Positions 46,072 to 62,603 of a stretch of DNA of 64,000 nt are shown in pieces; position 1 is the first letter of the stretch, and every line of letters begins with the position of its first letter. Under the pieces are notes generated by a model. The model did not search any database. It was given only the letters and a program-made list of their open reading frames with translations, and was not told the DNA's origin. Position numbers and translations under genes: made by a program. Origin of the DNA: Nitrospirota bacterium (GTDB lineage Bacteria; Nitrospirota; Nitrospiria; JACQBZ01); contig JACQCA010000066.1 of assembly GCA_016201865.1 (NCBI GenBank), forward strand, positions 14,867-78,866. Reading direction: 5' to 3'.

Positions 46072-47363
46072 CGGTTCAAATCCTCGATTGCCCGACGCCC
46101 GATTTCTCTCCGTCTCACCTGCTTATCTCGGATCGTCTCCGGGATCGGCGGAAAGAGACCGAAATTGATGTTCATCGGCTGGAAATGGCGTGGGTTGCTT
46201 CGCGTAAGGTACGCGAGCAGGCTTCCATGCGCCGTAGTATCGGGCGGCGAAACCGGCTCAAGTCCTTTGAGCAAGCGCGCTCCATTGATCCCCGCGATTA
46301 AACCCATCGCGGCCGATTCGACATAGCCTTCCACGCCGACCAATTGACCGGCCAACAACACCGCGGGCTTTCTTCGTGCCTGCAATGTGTCCTTCAAAAC
46401 AAACGGGGCGTTGATGAAAGTATTCCGGTGAAGGCTTCCATAACGAAGAAACTCGGCATGGGCCAATCCCGGGATCATCCGAAACACACGGCGCTGCTCG
46501 GGCCAGGTCAGCTTGGTCTGGAAGCCCACGATGTTATAACAAGATCCAAACCGATTCTCCTGACGGAGTTGCACCACGGCATACGGCCTTTTTCCGGTGC
46601 GGGGATCCATCAGGCCAACCGGTTTCATCGGCCCGAAGACCAGGGTTTCGCGTCCCCGTTCGGCCATCACCTCGATCGGAACGCAGCCTTCAAAATAGGG
46701 GGTCTTCTCAAACGGTTTAGACGGCACTTTCTCGCCCGCAAGAAGGGCTCCATAGAATCGATCGTACTCCTCCCGCGTCATGGGACAATTGACATAATCG
46801 GCGCCGCCCTTGTCGTACCGCGACGCCCGAAATACCTTGTCCATCTCGATGCTCTCGCCGTCGATAATTGGGGCGATTGAGTCGAAGAAGTAAAGATGGT
46901 CGGCGCGGGTCAGGTACCGGAGCGACTCGGCCAGTTTGTCGGAGGTCAACGGTCCGGTCGCGATTAAGGCCAGGTCGTCCGAGGGAATGTCCGGAACCTC
47001 TTGTCGCACCACGTCAATATTCGGATGATTCTCGATCTCTTTAGTGATTCGTTTCGAGAATTCTTCCCGTTCTACGGCCAGGGCTGATCCGGCGGGAACA
47101 GTTGTTCCATCGGCTGCGCAGATGATGAGCGAGCCCATCCGTCGCATCTCCTCCTTAAGTATCCCGGAAGCATTTAACGGATCGTTCGATCCAAGCGAAT
47201 TGCTGCAGACCAGCTCGGCCAAGCCGTCCGTCTTATGGGCCGGCGTGTGTATCTGGGGCCGCATCTCATACAGCCGCACCTTGACGCCACGCTCGGCCGC
47301 CTGCCAGGCCGCCTCGGACCCGGCCAATCCGCCTCCGACGATCGTGAATTCCTGCTGCGACAT
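46044..47363 (-). CDS. trmFO: tRNA (uracil-54)-methyltransferase, FAD-dependent
   Basis: [52 protein letters not shown]. Confidence 0.97.
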   Translation of the reverse strand: MSQQEFTIVGGGLAGSEAAWQAAERGVKVRLYEMRPQIHTPAHKTDGLAELVCSNSLGSNDPLNASGILKEEMRRMGSLIICAADGTTVPAGSALAVEREEFSKRITKEIENHPNIDVVRQEVPDIPSDDLALIATGPLTSDKLAESLRYLTRADHLYFFDSIAPIIDGESIEMDKVFRASRYDKGGADYVNCPMTREEYDRFYGALLAGEKVPSKPFEKTPYFEGCVPIEVMAERGRETLVFGPMKPVGLMDPRTGKRPYAVVQLRQENRFGSCYNIVGFQTKLTWPEQRRVFRMIPGLAHAEFLRYGSLHRNTFINAPFVLKDTLQARRKPAVLLAGQLVGVEGYVESAAMGLIAGINGARLLKGLEPVSPPDTTAHGSLLAYLTRSNPRHFQPMNINFGLFPPIPETIRDKQVRRREIGRRAIEDLNRWCLQNKLL

Positions 47364-47468
47364 ACCATCTTCTCCGAGACTGATATTGTAGAAGAATCAA
47401 GTCCAAAATACAAGGGCACCAATTATTCCATCTGGAACACAGACCCGGCTAATTGAAGGGTTCTGCCT

Positions 47469-48143
47469 TTAGGATACGCATCTGAAAATCTCGAGCCGTC
47501 GTTCAATCTTCGAAAAGGGGAGCATGTATCGGATTGTCTCTTCCCATCCCTTCATCTCTCGAATGGGCATAGTGGTTTGTAGCCGACTTTGATAAAGAAT
47601 CAGTCTTCCATCCGGTGACAACAACGGCAGGGCCCTGGTCAATACCACATCCGTTTTTGCGAATGCTCTAACCACAATCCAACCATACCGGTCGGTTCCA
47701 TCCAGCAGTGTTTCAGCGCGCCGGTTTAAAACGGTCGTTTCCGAAAGCTTCAGTTTTCCGACAAGATGATGGAGAAAGGCCGCCTTTTTCTGTGAAGACT
47801 CCACCAGGGTCAGCCGGATTTCCGGGAAGCTGATCTTTAAAGGAAGACCAGGGAATCCGGCGCCGGCTCCGATATCCAGCATCGTCCGTCCTGTATGTTT
47901 TTTAATCGCCTGGAGGCCGGCAAGCGAATCGAGAAAATGTTTTTCTACGATCTCCTCGTTCGTTGTAATTGATGTCAGATTAATCCGTCGATTCCATTCT
48001 TTTAGGTCGGCAAGATAGTTCAGAAATTGATTGATCTGATGATCTGTAAGCAAACAGTCAAGCGATCGGGCACCGGCTTCAAGGAGGTTCTTCGCACCTA
48101 AAAGATCCGGGGCGGATCTCATCCCTATTCCTTTTTCGTCCAC
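47469..48143 (-). CDS. rsmG: 16S rRNA m7G527 methyltransferase (GidB)
   Basis: WNRRINLTSI, KHFLDSL, LDIGAGAGFPG, LVESSQKK, RAE. Confidence 0.95.
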   Translation of the reverse strand: MDEKGIGMRSAPDLLGAKNLLEAGARSLDCLLTDHQINQFLNYLADLKEWNRRINLTSITTNEEIVEKHFLDSLAGLQAIKKHTGRTMLDIGAGAGFPGLPLKISFPEIRLTLVESSQKKAAFLHHLVGKLKLSETTVLNRRAETLLDGTDRYGWIVVRAFAKTDVVLTRALPLLSPDGRLILYQSRLQTTMPIREMKGWEETIRYMLPFSKIERRLEIFRCVS

Positions 48144-50023
48144 TATAGCTGTGGCCGTGACCGGTCTCGTTCAAGGGAAACCAAAAGCAACGAAAGGGCC
48201 GCCGGTGTGATTCCGGAGATCCGTGACGCTTGGCCGATCGAAACCGGACGAATCGTCTTGAGTTTTTCACAAACCTCTTTGGAAAGTCCGCCGACATTAT
48301 CATAGTTAAACTCGGGAGGAATCGTTCGGCGTTCCATCCGCTTAAATCGTTCCACTTCAGCAAGCTGCCTTTGGATGTACCCTTCGTATTTGACCTCGAT
48401 CTCAACCCGTTTCTTTACTTCTCCTGAAAGAACTTGCGTGCTTTTTGAAAGCGTTTCGATTGTCTCATACTCCATATCGGGACGCTTTAACAGTTGCTCA
48501 AGCGTCTGACAAGTCATCTCGCATGAATTCATAACTTCATGTTCTTTAAAGACTTCTGAATTAATCCGTGTTTTTCTTAACCGTTGAATCTCCTCTTCGA
48601 TCTGCTTCCGTTTCCTCAGAAACACTTTGTAACGGACTTCCGGTATCAGTCCGATTCGATGTCCTGTTTCCATCAATCGGGCATCAGCATTGTCATGCCG
48701 AAGCAGGAGACGGTATTCTGCCCTTGAGGTGAACATCCGGTATGGTTCCAGTGTGCCCTTAGTAACTAAATCGTCAATTAGAACAGCAATATACGCTTCA
48801 TGGCGATCAAGGATAAGTGGGGGTCTTAACGAAATCTTTAAAGCCGCATTGATTCCGGCCATCAATCCTTGGGCCGCCGCCTCTTCGTAACCGGATGTCC
48901 CGTTGATTTGGCCGGCATGGTACAAGCCTTCGAGTACCTTTGTTTCAAGTGTCGGCTTTAATTGGATGGGCGGAAAAAAATCATATTCCACGGCATAGCC
49001 TGGTTTCAACATGACCGCGCGTTCAAGACCAGGAATCGTTTTTAACAGCGCTTCCTGGACATCCACAGGTAGGCTGGTCGAAATCCCGTTCGGATAAAAC
49101 TCAACCATATCAAGCCCTTCTGGTTCGATAAACAACTGGTGGCGATCCCGGCCAGAAAACCGGACCACCTTATCCTCGATCGATGGGCAATATCGCGGAC
49201 CGGTTCCCTCTATGACGCCGCTATACATCGGTGAACGGTCCAGATTATCAAGAATAATTCGATGCGTCTGTTGATTGGTATAGGTGATGTGACACGGCAC
49301 CTGTTTTGTCTCTATCCGTTCCGTCGAGTAAGAGAACGGTGGTGGTGGTTCATCTCCGTATTGAGGAATCATCACCGAAAAATCAATTGTTCGGCCGTCT
49401 AGACGCGGCGGCGTTCCTGTCTTAAGACGGCCCATCTCAAGACCTAACGCCGCCAGATCTTCCGATAAACCTTCGGCTGCGGATTCCCCCGCCCTTCCGG
49501 CAGGAAACCGAGTTAATCCAACGTGGATCAATCCTCTTAAAAACGTCCCGGTCGTAAGTATAACGGCATCGGCCTTGATCCGCTGCCCATCGTCCGTCAC
49601 GACTCCCGCTACCTTCAAGCCTTCTGTGATTAATCGGGCGACGGTCCCGCGACGAATTACAAGCCCATTGGTTTCGTCCATGCTTGCCTTCATCACCTGT
49701 CGGTACGCCGCCTTATCGGCCTGCGCCCGAACGGCTTGAACGGCTGGTCCTTTACTGGTATTTAGCATGCGGAATTGGATCCCGGTTCGATCCGTGTTTT
49801 TAGCCATCTCACCGCCAAGGGCATCAATTTCTCGAACAATGTGTCCTTTCGCAATTCCTCCGATGGCCGGATTACATGACATCTGTGCGATCTTTCCCGG
49901 TTCCATCGTCAACAGCAGAGTGGCGTGGCCCATGCGAGCAGCAGCAAGCGCCGCCTCGCATCCAGCATGTCCACCCCCAACTACGATAACGTCGTAATTA
50001 TGGTCAAATGCCTGGATCAGCAT
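48143..50023 (-). CDS. mnmG: tRNA uridine-5-carboxymethylaminomethyl modification enzyme (GidA)
   Basis: [71 protein letters not shown]; start reassigned to ATG 50023. Confidence 0.98.
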   Translation of the reverse strand: MLIQAFDHNYDVIVVGGGHAGCEAALAAARMGHATLLLTMEPGKIAQMSCNPAIGGIAKGHIVREIDALGGEMAKNTDRTGIQFRMLNTSKGPAVQAVRAQADKAAYRQVMKASMDETNGLVIRRGTVARLITEGLKVAGVVTDDGQRIKADAVILTTGTFLRGLIHVGLTRFPAGRAGESAAEGLSEDLAALGLEMGRLKTGTPPRLDGRTIDFSVMIPQYGDEPPPPFSYSTERIETKQVPCHITYTNQQTHRIILDNLDRSPMYSGVIEGTGPRYCPSIEDKVVRFSGRDRHQLFIEPEGLDMVEFYPNGISTSLPVDVQEALLKTIPGLERAVMLKPGYAVEYDFFPPIQLKPTLETKVLEGLYHAGQINGTSGYEEAAAQGLMAGINAALKISLRPPLILDRHEAYIAVLIDDLVTKGTLEPYRMFTSRAEYRLLLRHDNADARLMETGHRIGLIPEVRYKVFLRKRKQIEEEIQRLRKTRINSEVFKEHEVMNSCEMTCQTLEQLLKRPDMEYETIETLSKSTQVLSGEVKKRVEIEVKYEGYIQRQLAEVERFKRMERRTIPPEFNYDNVGGLSKEVCEKLKTIRPVSIGQASRISGITPAALSLLLVSLERDRSRPQL

Positions 50024-50029
50024 TGATTC

Positions 50030-50045
50030 TGTTCCACGTGGAACA
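50030..50045. other. parS centromere site
   Basis: TGTTCCACGTGGAACA, a perfect 16-bp palindrome matching the chromosomal parS consensus, directly upstream of mnmG and about 4 kb from oriC. Confidence 0.9.
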
Positions 50046-50088
50046 ATGGGATCCTCTAAGGTTGCGCAAGGGGATCCTTTTGACCGGA

Positions 50089-51507
50089 TTATTTGCCGAT
50101 GCAAAACCCTTTAAAGATTTTGTCGAGGAGGTCCTCGGTGGTCGTTGCTCCTGTGATTTCGCCGAGCCGATCAATCGCCGTCCGAAGATCCACAGTGATC
50201 AGTTCGGATGAAGCCTTTTCATCCAATGATGTTTTCGCGTTATGCAGCGCCGCTTTGACTTGTAACAATAATGCCTTATGTCTATTATTCACCATGGCTT
50301 CCCGGTCGCCGCAGGTCACAATTCCGCTTCGAACCCGCAGCGAAATGGCTTCGCGAAGCTTGTCTAAGCCTTTCCCCGTCAACGCAGATATATACATTCC
50401 TTCTCTATTCCGGTCCTGGGGTTCATCCTGAAGGAGATCCGCTTTGTTAAAGATCGTCAGCGTCTGTTTCTTGGCTGTTTCATCGACCAATCGCTGTTCT
50501 TCGGGGTCGAGGCCGTGACTTGCATCCAGAACCAAAAGAACAAGATCCGCCTGTTCAATAGCCCACCGTGTTCTTAAAATCCCTTCCCGTTCCACCAGAT
50601 CATCCGTCTCTCGAAGACCAGCCGTGTCCATGATTCGAAGCAGGATGCCGTCCAGGTTCAGATACTCCTCGATCACGTCTCGGGTCGTTCCCGGAATGGG
50701 AGTAACGATTGCTCGGTTTTGCATGAGCAAGGCATTCAGGAGGCTGGACTTCCCGGCGTTCGGTGGACCGATGATCGCAGTGGCAATCCCTTCTCTCAGG
50801 GCTTTGCCGCTTTCGGCCGTTTTGAGAACCGCTTCCACGCGCTCGGCTAATCCCGTGAGTTGAATCCGTATCTGTTCCTCGGTTAAGAATCCGAGATCCT
50901 CTTCTGTAAAATCGATTCCGGCCTCGACTTCGGCCAGAAGCTGAAGGAGTTCATCCCGAAACGAGTTGATTCGACGATGCAGACCCCCGCCCAGTTGCGC
51001 TAAGGCGGCACGTTGGGCGGCCTCCGTCTTCGAGCGGATCAGTTCTAACACGGCCTCGGCCTGCGTTAAATCAATCCGACCGTTCAGAAAGGCCCATTTC
51101 GTGAACTCCCCGGGTTCGGCGATCCGTGCCCCCTGGCGAATTAAAAGGTCCAACACCCGGTGAAGGAGAAGCGCGCCACCGTGGCAGTAAACCTCTACGG
51201 TATCTAATCGTGTGTAGGTCCGGGGCGCCTGCATCACGGCCAGCATCACCTCATCGAGCCGCTCGCCTGTTGACGGATCCATGACGGCACCGAGATGAAG
51301 GGTGTGGCTGGCGAAATCTCGGACGGTTCGTCCCTTTTTCGTGACGAAGACGCGTGATGCGATTTCGATCGCACGGTCGCCGCTGAGTCGGACGATCCCG
51401 ACCCCTCCTTCCCCGACAGGCGTCGCAATGGCGCAGATCGTCCCGTCGGAAACGGGGTCACGCTTTTTCTCGACCTGCGGCGGACGCTTTTCCAGACCCC
51501 GCTTCAT
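50089..51507 (-). CDS. mnmE: tRNA modification GTPase
   Basis: [71 protein letters not shown]; start uncertain. Confidence 0.97.
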   Translation of the reverse strand: MKRGLEKRPPQVEKKRDPVSDGTICAIATPVGEGGVGIVRLSGDRAIEIASRVFVTKKGRTVRDFASHTLHLGAVMDPSTGERLDEVMLAVMQAPRTYTRLDTVEVYCHGGALLLHRVLDLLIRQGARIAEPGEFTKWAFLNGRIDLTQAEAVLELIRSKTEAAQRAALAQLGGGLHRRINSFRDELLQLLAEVEAGIDFTEEDLGFLTEEQIRIQLTGLAERVEAVLKTAESGKALREGIATAIIGPPNAGKSSLLNALLMQNRAIVTPIPGTTRDVIEEYLNLDGILLRIMDTAGLRETDDLVEREGILRTRWAIEQADLVLLVLDASHGLDPEEQRLVDETAKKQTLTIFNKADLLQDEPQDRNREGMYISALTGKGLDKLREAISLRVRSGIVTCGDREAMVNNRHKALLLQVKAALHNAKTSLDEKASSELITVDLRTAIDRLGEITGATTTEDLLDKIFKGFCIGK

Positions 51508-53116
51508 GAGGCCTCTCGAAGTACTTCATTGTGAAATATTGCTGGCCGATGGTCAAGCCGTTATTGGTAATCATGTAAAGGACCAGCCCTGAAGGGAAGC
51601 TCAAAAATAAGAACGTCATCAGGACCGGCATCATCAGCATGATCTTGGCTTGGGTAGGATCCATCGTTGTGGGTTGCATCTTCTGTTGGATTACCATGGT
51701 GAGTCCCATGATGATGGGGAGAACGAAATAGGGATCCTTATCCGACAGATCACGTATCCAGAGGATAAAAGGGGCCTGTCGAATCTCGATCGTCGTGTAG
51801 AGCACATTGAAGAGGGCTACAAAGACGGGGATCTGGAGGAGCATGGGAAGGCATCCGCCGACGGGGTTGACCTTATTTTTTTGGTATAGCTCCATCATTT
51901 CCCGCTGAAGACGCTGCTTGTCGTCCTTATGCTTCTTTTGAAGCGCCTGAAGCTGCGGCTGAAGGCGTTGCATGTCTTTCATTGATCGGTAGCTCTTGTG
52001 CGTCAGAGGAACGAATAGGAGCTTGACGCCTACGGTTAAGAGAATGATCGCCATTCCATAATTACCGGTGAACCCGTGTAAGAATTGAAGGATATGGAAC
52101 AAGGGCTTTGCAATAAACCTTACGATCGCCCAACTCCCATAGATGAACCAACCAAAATCAACCGTCTCCTCCAGTTTGACCCCAAGGGCTTTTAGCCGCT
52201 GATGCTCTTTGGGTCCGGTGTAAATGAGTAGGTGGTTGACGGTCGGTCCCGGATCGCTGGATTTGAATTCCAAGGCGGAGTTTATATTCATCGGGGAGGA
52301 ACGGCTTACTGTAACGGCTCGAGCCTCCGTTGAGATCACGGCCGCGATAAAGTACTTGTCTTGGAGGGCCGTCCAAGCGATCTTGCCCTCGTGTCGGACC
52401 TCCTGGTCCAGTTTGGCGGCGTTGTCCTTTATCAGTTCGTCGTTGATATAGGTCATTGGGCCGATGAAGCCGACGAAGCCCCTCGCGGTTCCCCAATCCG
52501 TAATGCCAAAGTCATTTCCGATGGACAGGGAATACCATTCCGGGAAGGCATGGGTTTCGATATCAAGCCCCGTGCGGTAATCGTCGTTGGTAAATGTGAA
52601 TTCCTTGGACAGGGTTCTGCCCGTGTCCGGGTCGTGGTAGAGGAAAGTGATCTTGCCCGTCTTATTCTGTTCGTCGAGCGCGAGGTTTTGTCCTTCCACC
52701 GCATATAGTTCCTCGTCGAGCTGTTTGTTTAGGTCTGCGTCGGGCGTCTGGATAGAAAACGCGGGGGTGGCTCCGGGGCGCCGCTCGTAAAGCGTGATCC
52801 GTGTTTTTCGGTCGGCTGTTGTGTAGTTTTTTAACTCCCAACGAAGAAGTTTTGCGCCACGAGAAGTGAATACGGCATGGTAGAGGGCTGTATTCACCTG
52901 GATGGTTTTCTCTCCCATTGATTCCGGCGGTGTTTTAGGGTTCCGCTGTGAGGTGCCCATCGATTCCGGCCTTACCTCTCGTTTTTCTATCGTCTGTTTT
53001 TCTATTGTTTCTTGGCGATTGATAGGCTTAAGAACTCCTGTTTTTTCAATGAAGTACGGATAGGAGATTATCAGCGCGAAGGACAGGATGAGAAACAGGA
53101 TGAACCGTTTTTCCAT
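51458..53116 (-). CDS. yidC: Membrane protein insertase YidC
   Basis: N-terminal TM, DKYFIAA, VDFGWF, GNYGMAIILLT, NPVGGCLPMLLQIPVF, WIRDLS. Confidence 0.97.
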   Translation of the reverse strand: MEKRFILFLILSFALIISYPYFIEKTGVLKPINRQETIEKQTIEKREVRPESMGTSQRNPKTPPESMGEKTIQVNTALYHAVFTSRGAKLLRWELKNYTTADRKTRITLYERRPGATPAFSIQTPDADLNKQLDEELYAVEGQNLALDEQNKTGKITFLYHDPDTGRTLSKEFTFTNDDYRTGLDIETHAFPEWYSLSIGNDFGITDWGTARGFVGFIGPMTYINDELIKDNAAKLDQEVRHEGKIAWTALQDKYFIAAVISTEARAVTVSRSSPMNINSALEFKSSDPGPTVNHLLIYTGPKEHQRLKALGVKLEETVDFGWFIYGSWAIVRFIAKPLFHILQFLHGFTGNYGMAIILLTVGVKLLFVPLTHKSYRSMKDMQRLQPQLQALQKKHKDDKQRLQREMMELYQKNKVNPVGGCLPMLLQIPVFVALFNVLYTTIEIRQAPFILWIRDLSDKDPYFVLPIIMGLTMVIQQKMQPTTMDPTQAKIMLMMPVLMTFLFLSFPSGLVLYMITNNGLTIGQQYFTMKYFERPHEAGSGKASAAGREKA

Positions 53117-53341
53117 TTATTTAACGGGGTCGTATCCGCCCGAATGGAGCGGCTGGCATTTCAATAATCGGCTGATTGCGAGAAGCAGGCCCTTTGCAGG
53201 ACCATGCCTCTGAATCGCTTCCACCGCGTAGCAAGAACAGGTTGGCATGAATCGGCAGGCTTGGGGCAGGAACGGCGAGATCGCCTGCTTATAGAACCTG
53301 ATCAGCCCTATCAGGATCCGGGTGATGAACGCTTCTAACAT
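53117..53341 (-). CDS. yidD: Membrane protein insertion efficiency factor
   Basis: [32 protein letters not shown]. Confidence 0.95.
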   Translation of the reverse strand: MLEAFITRILIGLIRFYKQAISPFLPQACRFMPTCSCYAVEAIQRHGPAKGLLLAISRLLKCQPLHSGGYDPVK

Positions 53342-53667
53342 AAATGGGCTTGTTCCAGTGTTCGTCTAAAATGGTCGATTAATAGAGCCTGTTTTTGGGA
53401 GAGCATCCCTTTTTTCGGAAACAACAGAATGTCACATGCGGGAGATATTTTTTTATGACATAGATCAAAGAGGATTCGCGCCTTTCTTTTGGCTTTATTC
53501 CTCGTCACGGCCGATCCGAACCGTTTGTTGACGACCACCGCGAATCGAGACCTGCGAAGCTGATTCGCTCGGTATAGAACCATAAACAATTCGGTGTCCA
53601 TTCTGCTCCCGCCCCGATAGACGTCCGAGAACTGTTCCCTTTGATATAATCGCTGACGGTGTCTCAC
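53335..53667 (-). CDS. rnpA: Ribonuclease P protein component
   Basis: [21 protein letters not shown] (RNR-like motif); rpmH-rnpA-yidD synteny. Confidence 0.9.
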   Translation of the reverse strand: MRHRQRLYQREQFSDVYRGGSRMDTELFMVLYRANQLRRSRFAVVVNKRFGSAVTRNKAKRKARILFDLCHKKISPACDILLFPKKGMLSQKQALLIDHFRRTLEQAHLC

Positions 53668-53676
53668 GGATCGACC

Positions 53677-53814
53677 TCACACGCTCAATCGTTTTCTCCC
53701 CTTGGCCCGTCGCCGAGAGATGATGCGACGTCCGTCTTTTGTTTCCATTCGCTTTAAGAATCCGTGCGTTTTTTTCCTTCTTCGATTGCTGGGCTGGCGG
53801 TAGGTAATGGACAT
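53677..53814 (-). CDS. rpmH: 50S ribosomal protein L34
   Basis: [45 protein letters not shown]; SD GGAGG. Confidence 0.96.
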   Translation of the reverse strand: MSITYRQPSNRRRKKTHGFLKRMETKDGRRIISRRRAKGRKRLSV

Positions 53815-53857
53815 CTGTTCTCGTCCTCCTGCGGTGTTGTAAAACCTAAAAGAGAAC

Positions 53858-53886
53858 ATTATAAACAGGTCCTGTTTTAGTGTCAA
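53858..53886 (-). promoter_or_regulatory. Consensus sigma-70 promoter of the rpmH operon
   Basis: TTGACA-N17-TATAAT on the minus strand; the spacer holds the palindrome AAACAGG-T-CCTGTTT. Confidence 0.85.
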
Positions 53887-53889
53887 CCC

Positions 53890-54212
53890 GAAATAATAAC
53901 CAAAAGAAGATTCTGACTCCTAATTTAAAGTTAAAAGAACAGACGTAGTAGTAGGTGATGTTAAATGTAGGTGTTAAAATGTAACGCGATGTGACAAAAG
54001 GATGTTTGTTGGGGGTAAAACGTTCAATAAAACTTGCATTGTTTCATGAATTTTGTTATCTTGGTCCTAAAAATTAAGTTAACCAGGTTATTCATGAAAG
54101 AGGTGTTAAAGCGCACATGTAAACAGGACGAATATAATAATAACACATTGAAATCATTAATAAAAATAAATTATCAACAACTGTTGATAAAGCTGTTGAA
54201 AGACATGATCGT
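53890..54212. other. Replication origin (oriC) region
   Basis: Very AT-rich rpmH-dnaA intergenic region; inverted TTATCAACA (54171-79) and TGTTGATAA (54182-90) DnaA-box variants; TAGTAGTAG trio-like repeat; nearby parS. Confidence 0.8.
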
Positions 54213-55535
54213 ATGAAGTTGGAAGAAATCTGGCAACAGACAAGCGTGAGAATCGAGGCGCGCGTCAACAAACAAACACACGACACCTGGTTTAGACCGC
54301 TTTACATCGAGTCCGCCGAGGGCAAAGAGATCACCTTGGTAGCACCCAACCGTTTTTTTTGTGAATGGATTCGGGAGCATTATTACGAGGTGCTCTTGGA
54401 CGAGCTAACGACAGTCACGAAAATTGAAGGGTTAAGAGTCAACGTCATTGTCAGAAACAGCCAGCGGGTGCAAGGCGAAAACCCGTTGCCCGAAAAGACG
54501 CCAAAACCCCGAAAAGGGATACAACTCAATGCGAAATATACCTTCGACAGCTTCGTCGTCGGGTCATGCAACCAGTTTGCCCATGCCGCATCCCTCGCGG
54601 TTGCAGAGTCGCCAGCCCGGGCCTATAACCCGCTGTTCCTATACGGGGGCGTCGGCCTGGGCAAGACACACCTCCTGAATGCCATCGGGAACTTTATCTT
54701 CGAAAAAAGGCCCGGAACTAAAATCGCGTATCTCTCATCCGAACAGTTCACGAACGAAGTGATCAACTCCATCCGATATGACCGGATGCTAGAGTTCAGA
54801 AACAAGTACCGCGGGGTGGACGCGCTCTTGATGGACGACATCCAGTTCATCGCCGGAAAAGAACGGACCCAAGAGGAATTTTTTCATACGTTCAATGCCC
54901 TCTATGAAGCGCACAAACAAATCGTTCTTTCCAGCGACCGTTTCCCGAAGGAGATCCCTACGATCGAGGAGCGGCTACGGTCCCGGTTCGAATGGGGGTT
55001 AATCGCGGATCTCCAGGTTCCCGATCTGGAGACCCGCATCGCCATCCTCCGAAAGAAAGCCGAGACGGAAGGGATCGCCTTGCCCGACGAAGTTGCGCAC
55101 CTCGTGGCGGAGAACATCCGGGGAAACATCCGTGAATTGGAGGGCGCCTTGATCCGGGTGGGTGCCTTTTCCTCGCTGACGGGACAACCCTTTACGCTCG
55201 AGTTGGCAAAAAAAATTCTTCGGGACGCCGTGCAGGTCAAGAAGATCGTTACAGTGGAAGAAGTCCAAAGAGTGGTTGCGGAACGATTCCGCCTCAAGCA
55301 GGCCGAAATGAAATCGAAAAAGAGAACGAAAGCCGTCGTCCAACCCCGACAGATCACGATGTACCTCTCCCGGGAACTGACGTCGCTCTCTTTCCCTGAA
55401 ATCGGGCGACAGTTCGGAGGGAAAGACCACACCACGGTCATCCACGCGTGTCGGCAGATCGAAAAGCGGATGGAGGAGGATGCCGGCCTTAAACAGTTGA
55501 TCGAATCCATCACGCGGCAGTTGAAAGAAGCATAG
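54213..55535 (+). CDS. dnaA: Chromosomal replication initiator DnaA
   Basis: KYTFDSFVVG, YNPLFLYGGVGLGKTHL, DDIQFIAGK, QEEFFHTFN, RLRSRFEWG, GGKDHTTVIHA. Confidence 0.99.
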   Translation: MKLEEIWQQTSVRIEARVNKQTHDTWFRPLYIESAEGKEITLVAPNRFFCEWIREHYYEVLLDELTTVTKIEGLRVNVIVRNSQRVQGENPLPEKTPKPRKGIQLNAKYTFDSFVVGSCNQFAHAASLAVAESPARAYNPLFLYGGVGLGKTHLLNAIGNFIFEKRPGTKIAYLSSEQFTNEVINSIRYDRMLEFRNKYRGVDALLMDDIQFIAGKERTQEEFFHTFNALYEAHKQIVLSSDRFPKEIPTIEERLRSRFEWGLIADLQVPDLETRIAILRKKAETEGIALPDEVAHLVAENIRGNIRELEGALIRVGAFSSLTGQPFTLELAKKILRDAVQVKKIVTVEEVQRVVAERFRLKQAEMKSKKRTKAVVQPRQITMYLSRELTSLSFPEIGRQFGGKDHTTVIHACRQIEKRMEEDAGLKQLIESITRQLKEA

Positions 55536-55581
55536 AGTTTACCTTAGGGGGATATATCCCAACGGGCACCAGGAGGTTTCC

Positions 55582-56715
55582 ATGAAGGTTAAGATATTGC
55601 GCGGCGAATTGTTAACCGGCTTCCAACGGATCCAGGGCGTGGTGGACAAACGGAACACCATGCCGATCCTATCCAACATTCTCCTTGAGGCAAAAGCGGA
55701 TCAGGTCGTCCTTTTCGCAACCGATCTCGAAATCGGAATCCGGGGAACCTACACGGCCGAGGTATTAAAGCCCGGCGGGGCGACCGTTTCGGCCCGTAAG
55801 CTGTACGAGATCATTCGTGAACTTCCGGAGGGCCCCGTGACGATCACATCGGAAGACAACCATCACGTTCGAATCGAGGCGGGCCAAAGCGAATTTAAGG
55901 TGCTGGGCCTTCCGCCCCAGGAGTTCCCGGCGATGCCGACGGTCGAATCCGAACCGCTCATGTCCATCGACCGGAAGATTCTCTCGGAACTGATCCGCAA
56001 GACGGTCTTTGCGGCGGGAGACAACAACGCCAGGTATATCCTTAACGGGATACTGATCACGCTCTTCATGAAGGACAGGAAACGGGCCCTCCGGTTCGTT
56101 GGAACGGATGGGCACCGTCTGGCGGTCATCGAACGGCCGCTCGAGGACGGGAAGAAGGGCGGTTCGCTCCAGGCCCAAACCGACCAGACGGCGATCGTGC
56201 CGAAAAAAGCCGCACTGGAAATCAAACGGCTGCTGGAGGAAAACGACCAGGAACCGGAGATCGGGATAAGCAAAAACCAACTGATCTTTCGGCGGGGGAG
56301 CCTCTTGCTGCTGGCGCGACTCATGGAGGGGGGCTATCCCAACTATCAGCAGGTGATCCCCAAAGAAAACGACAAACGGGCCGTCGTTAAAAAGACGGAT
56401 CTGGAAGGCGCGCTGCGACGGGTGTCTATTCTTTCCCGCGAGAAGACCAGTGCGATCAAGCTGGTCTTGGAGCAGGGCGCCATCACGCTGTCCGCCAGCA
56501 ATCCGGACCTGGGTGAGGCGAGAGAGACGATCGCGGTCGAGTACGATCAGGAAGCGATCACGACGGGATTTAACGCACGTTATCTGTTGGACATTCTGGC
56601 CGCCGTAGACGGGGAGACGGCCGTTTTGGAGTTCAAAGACGCGCTGAGCCCCTGCCTAATCCGTCAGCCGGGAGACCCCGATTATCTATGCGTGATCATG
56701 CCCATGCGGGTGTGA
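55582..56715 (+). CDS. dnaN: DNA polymerase III beta clamp
   Basis: PILSNIL, ATDLEIG, YILNGIL, GTDGHRLA, YPNYQQVIP, GFNARYLLD, VIMPMRV. Confidence 0.98.
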   Translation: MKVKILRGELLTGFQRIQGVVDKRNTMPILSNILLEAKADQVVLFATDLEIGIRGTYTAEVLKPGGATVSARKLYEIIRELPEGPVTITSEDNHHVRIEAGQSEFKVLGLPPQEFPAMPTVESEPLMSIDRKILSELIRKTVFAAGDNNARYILNGILITLFMKDRKRALRFVGTDGHRLAVIERPLEDGKKGGSLQAQTDQTAIVPKKAALEIKRLLEENDQEPEIGISKNQLIFRRGSLLLLARLMEGGYPNYQQVIPKENDKRAVVKKTDLEGALRRVSILSREKTSAIKLVLEQGAITLSASNPDLGEARETIAVEYDQEAITTGFNARYLLDILAAVDGETAVLEFKDALSPCLIRQPGDPDYLCVIMPMRV

Positions 56716-56748
56716 CGATCGGCGGGTCTTATGGAATTTCAAAATTGA

Positions 56749-59226
<2,478 letters not shown>

Positions 59227-59237
59227 CGTGGACGGCT

Positions 59238-61722
<2,485 letters not shown>

Positions 61723-61739
<17 letters not shown>

Positions 61740-62583
61740 AAACGGCCGGCGGTCTCGGGTTTCCCTCGGGATCGTTCTCGGCGCGGTCCTGCTGTTCCTT
61801 GCCTCGGGATGCGAACAGATTCCGAAGACCATGATCGCAACGGCCGAGGCCCGATGGCAACGGGGCGATTACTTGGGGGCGGTCCAAGAATATGAGCGGC
61901 TCATCGATGACTACCCGAAGAGCGTCCTTGCAGATGACGCGTATTATGCGATCGGGACGATCAACTATCTTTACCTCGACAACTATCCCAAGGCGGTCGA
62001 GGCCTTTCGGAAAGTCGTCGCCGATCATCCCGCCAGCCTGCTGGCCTTAGAGGCCCGACGGACTCTGGCCGAGATCTACGAAAAAAAATATCAGGATCAC
62101 CGGAAGGCCGTTGCGGAATACCAACAGTTGCTGGAGCGGACCCCGGATCGCGCCGTTGCCGAAGAGGTGCAGTATCGGATCGGCGAGGTCTATTTTGACC
62201 AGGGCGATTTCGATCAGGCCCGCATCGAGTGGGACCAGCTTTTAAAGCAAGCACCGCAAAGCCGATGGGCCGACAATGCCCTTTATCGGACAGGAACAAC
62301 CTATTTTCTTCAAGGACAGTACCGAGAGGCGCTTACCGTCTATCAGGATGCGCTCAAACGGTATCCCGACAGCGATGTCCAGGTCGAATTGCGGTTCTGG
62401 GTGGCCAACTGCCTGGAGGAGCTCGATCGTTTGGACGAGGCCCTGGAACAGTACCGGTCGCTGCAGGCGATCTATCCCAATCCGAGCGTGATCGCGGTCA
62501 AGATCCGGAACGCGGAGGAGCGGTTAAGGACGGCGGCGTTGCGGCAAACCGTCCCACTGGCCTCGCCGGCCGGGAGGGAATAG
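61723..62583 (+). CDS. TPR lipoprotein (CpoB/BamD-like repeats)
   Basis: LASGC lipobox after ATG 61723; about six TPRs (ADDAYY, ADNALY). Confidence 0.85.
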
Positions 62584-62603
62584 GACCAGGGGGGTGACGC
62601 GGC

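Noticed and set aside
55549-55560. GGGATATATCCC palindrome between dnaA and dnaN
   Set aside because: Too short, with no U-tract or DnaA-box similarity; no function can be supported.
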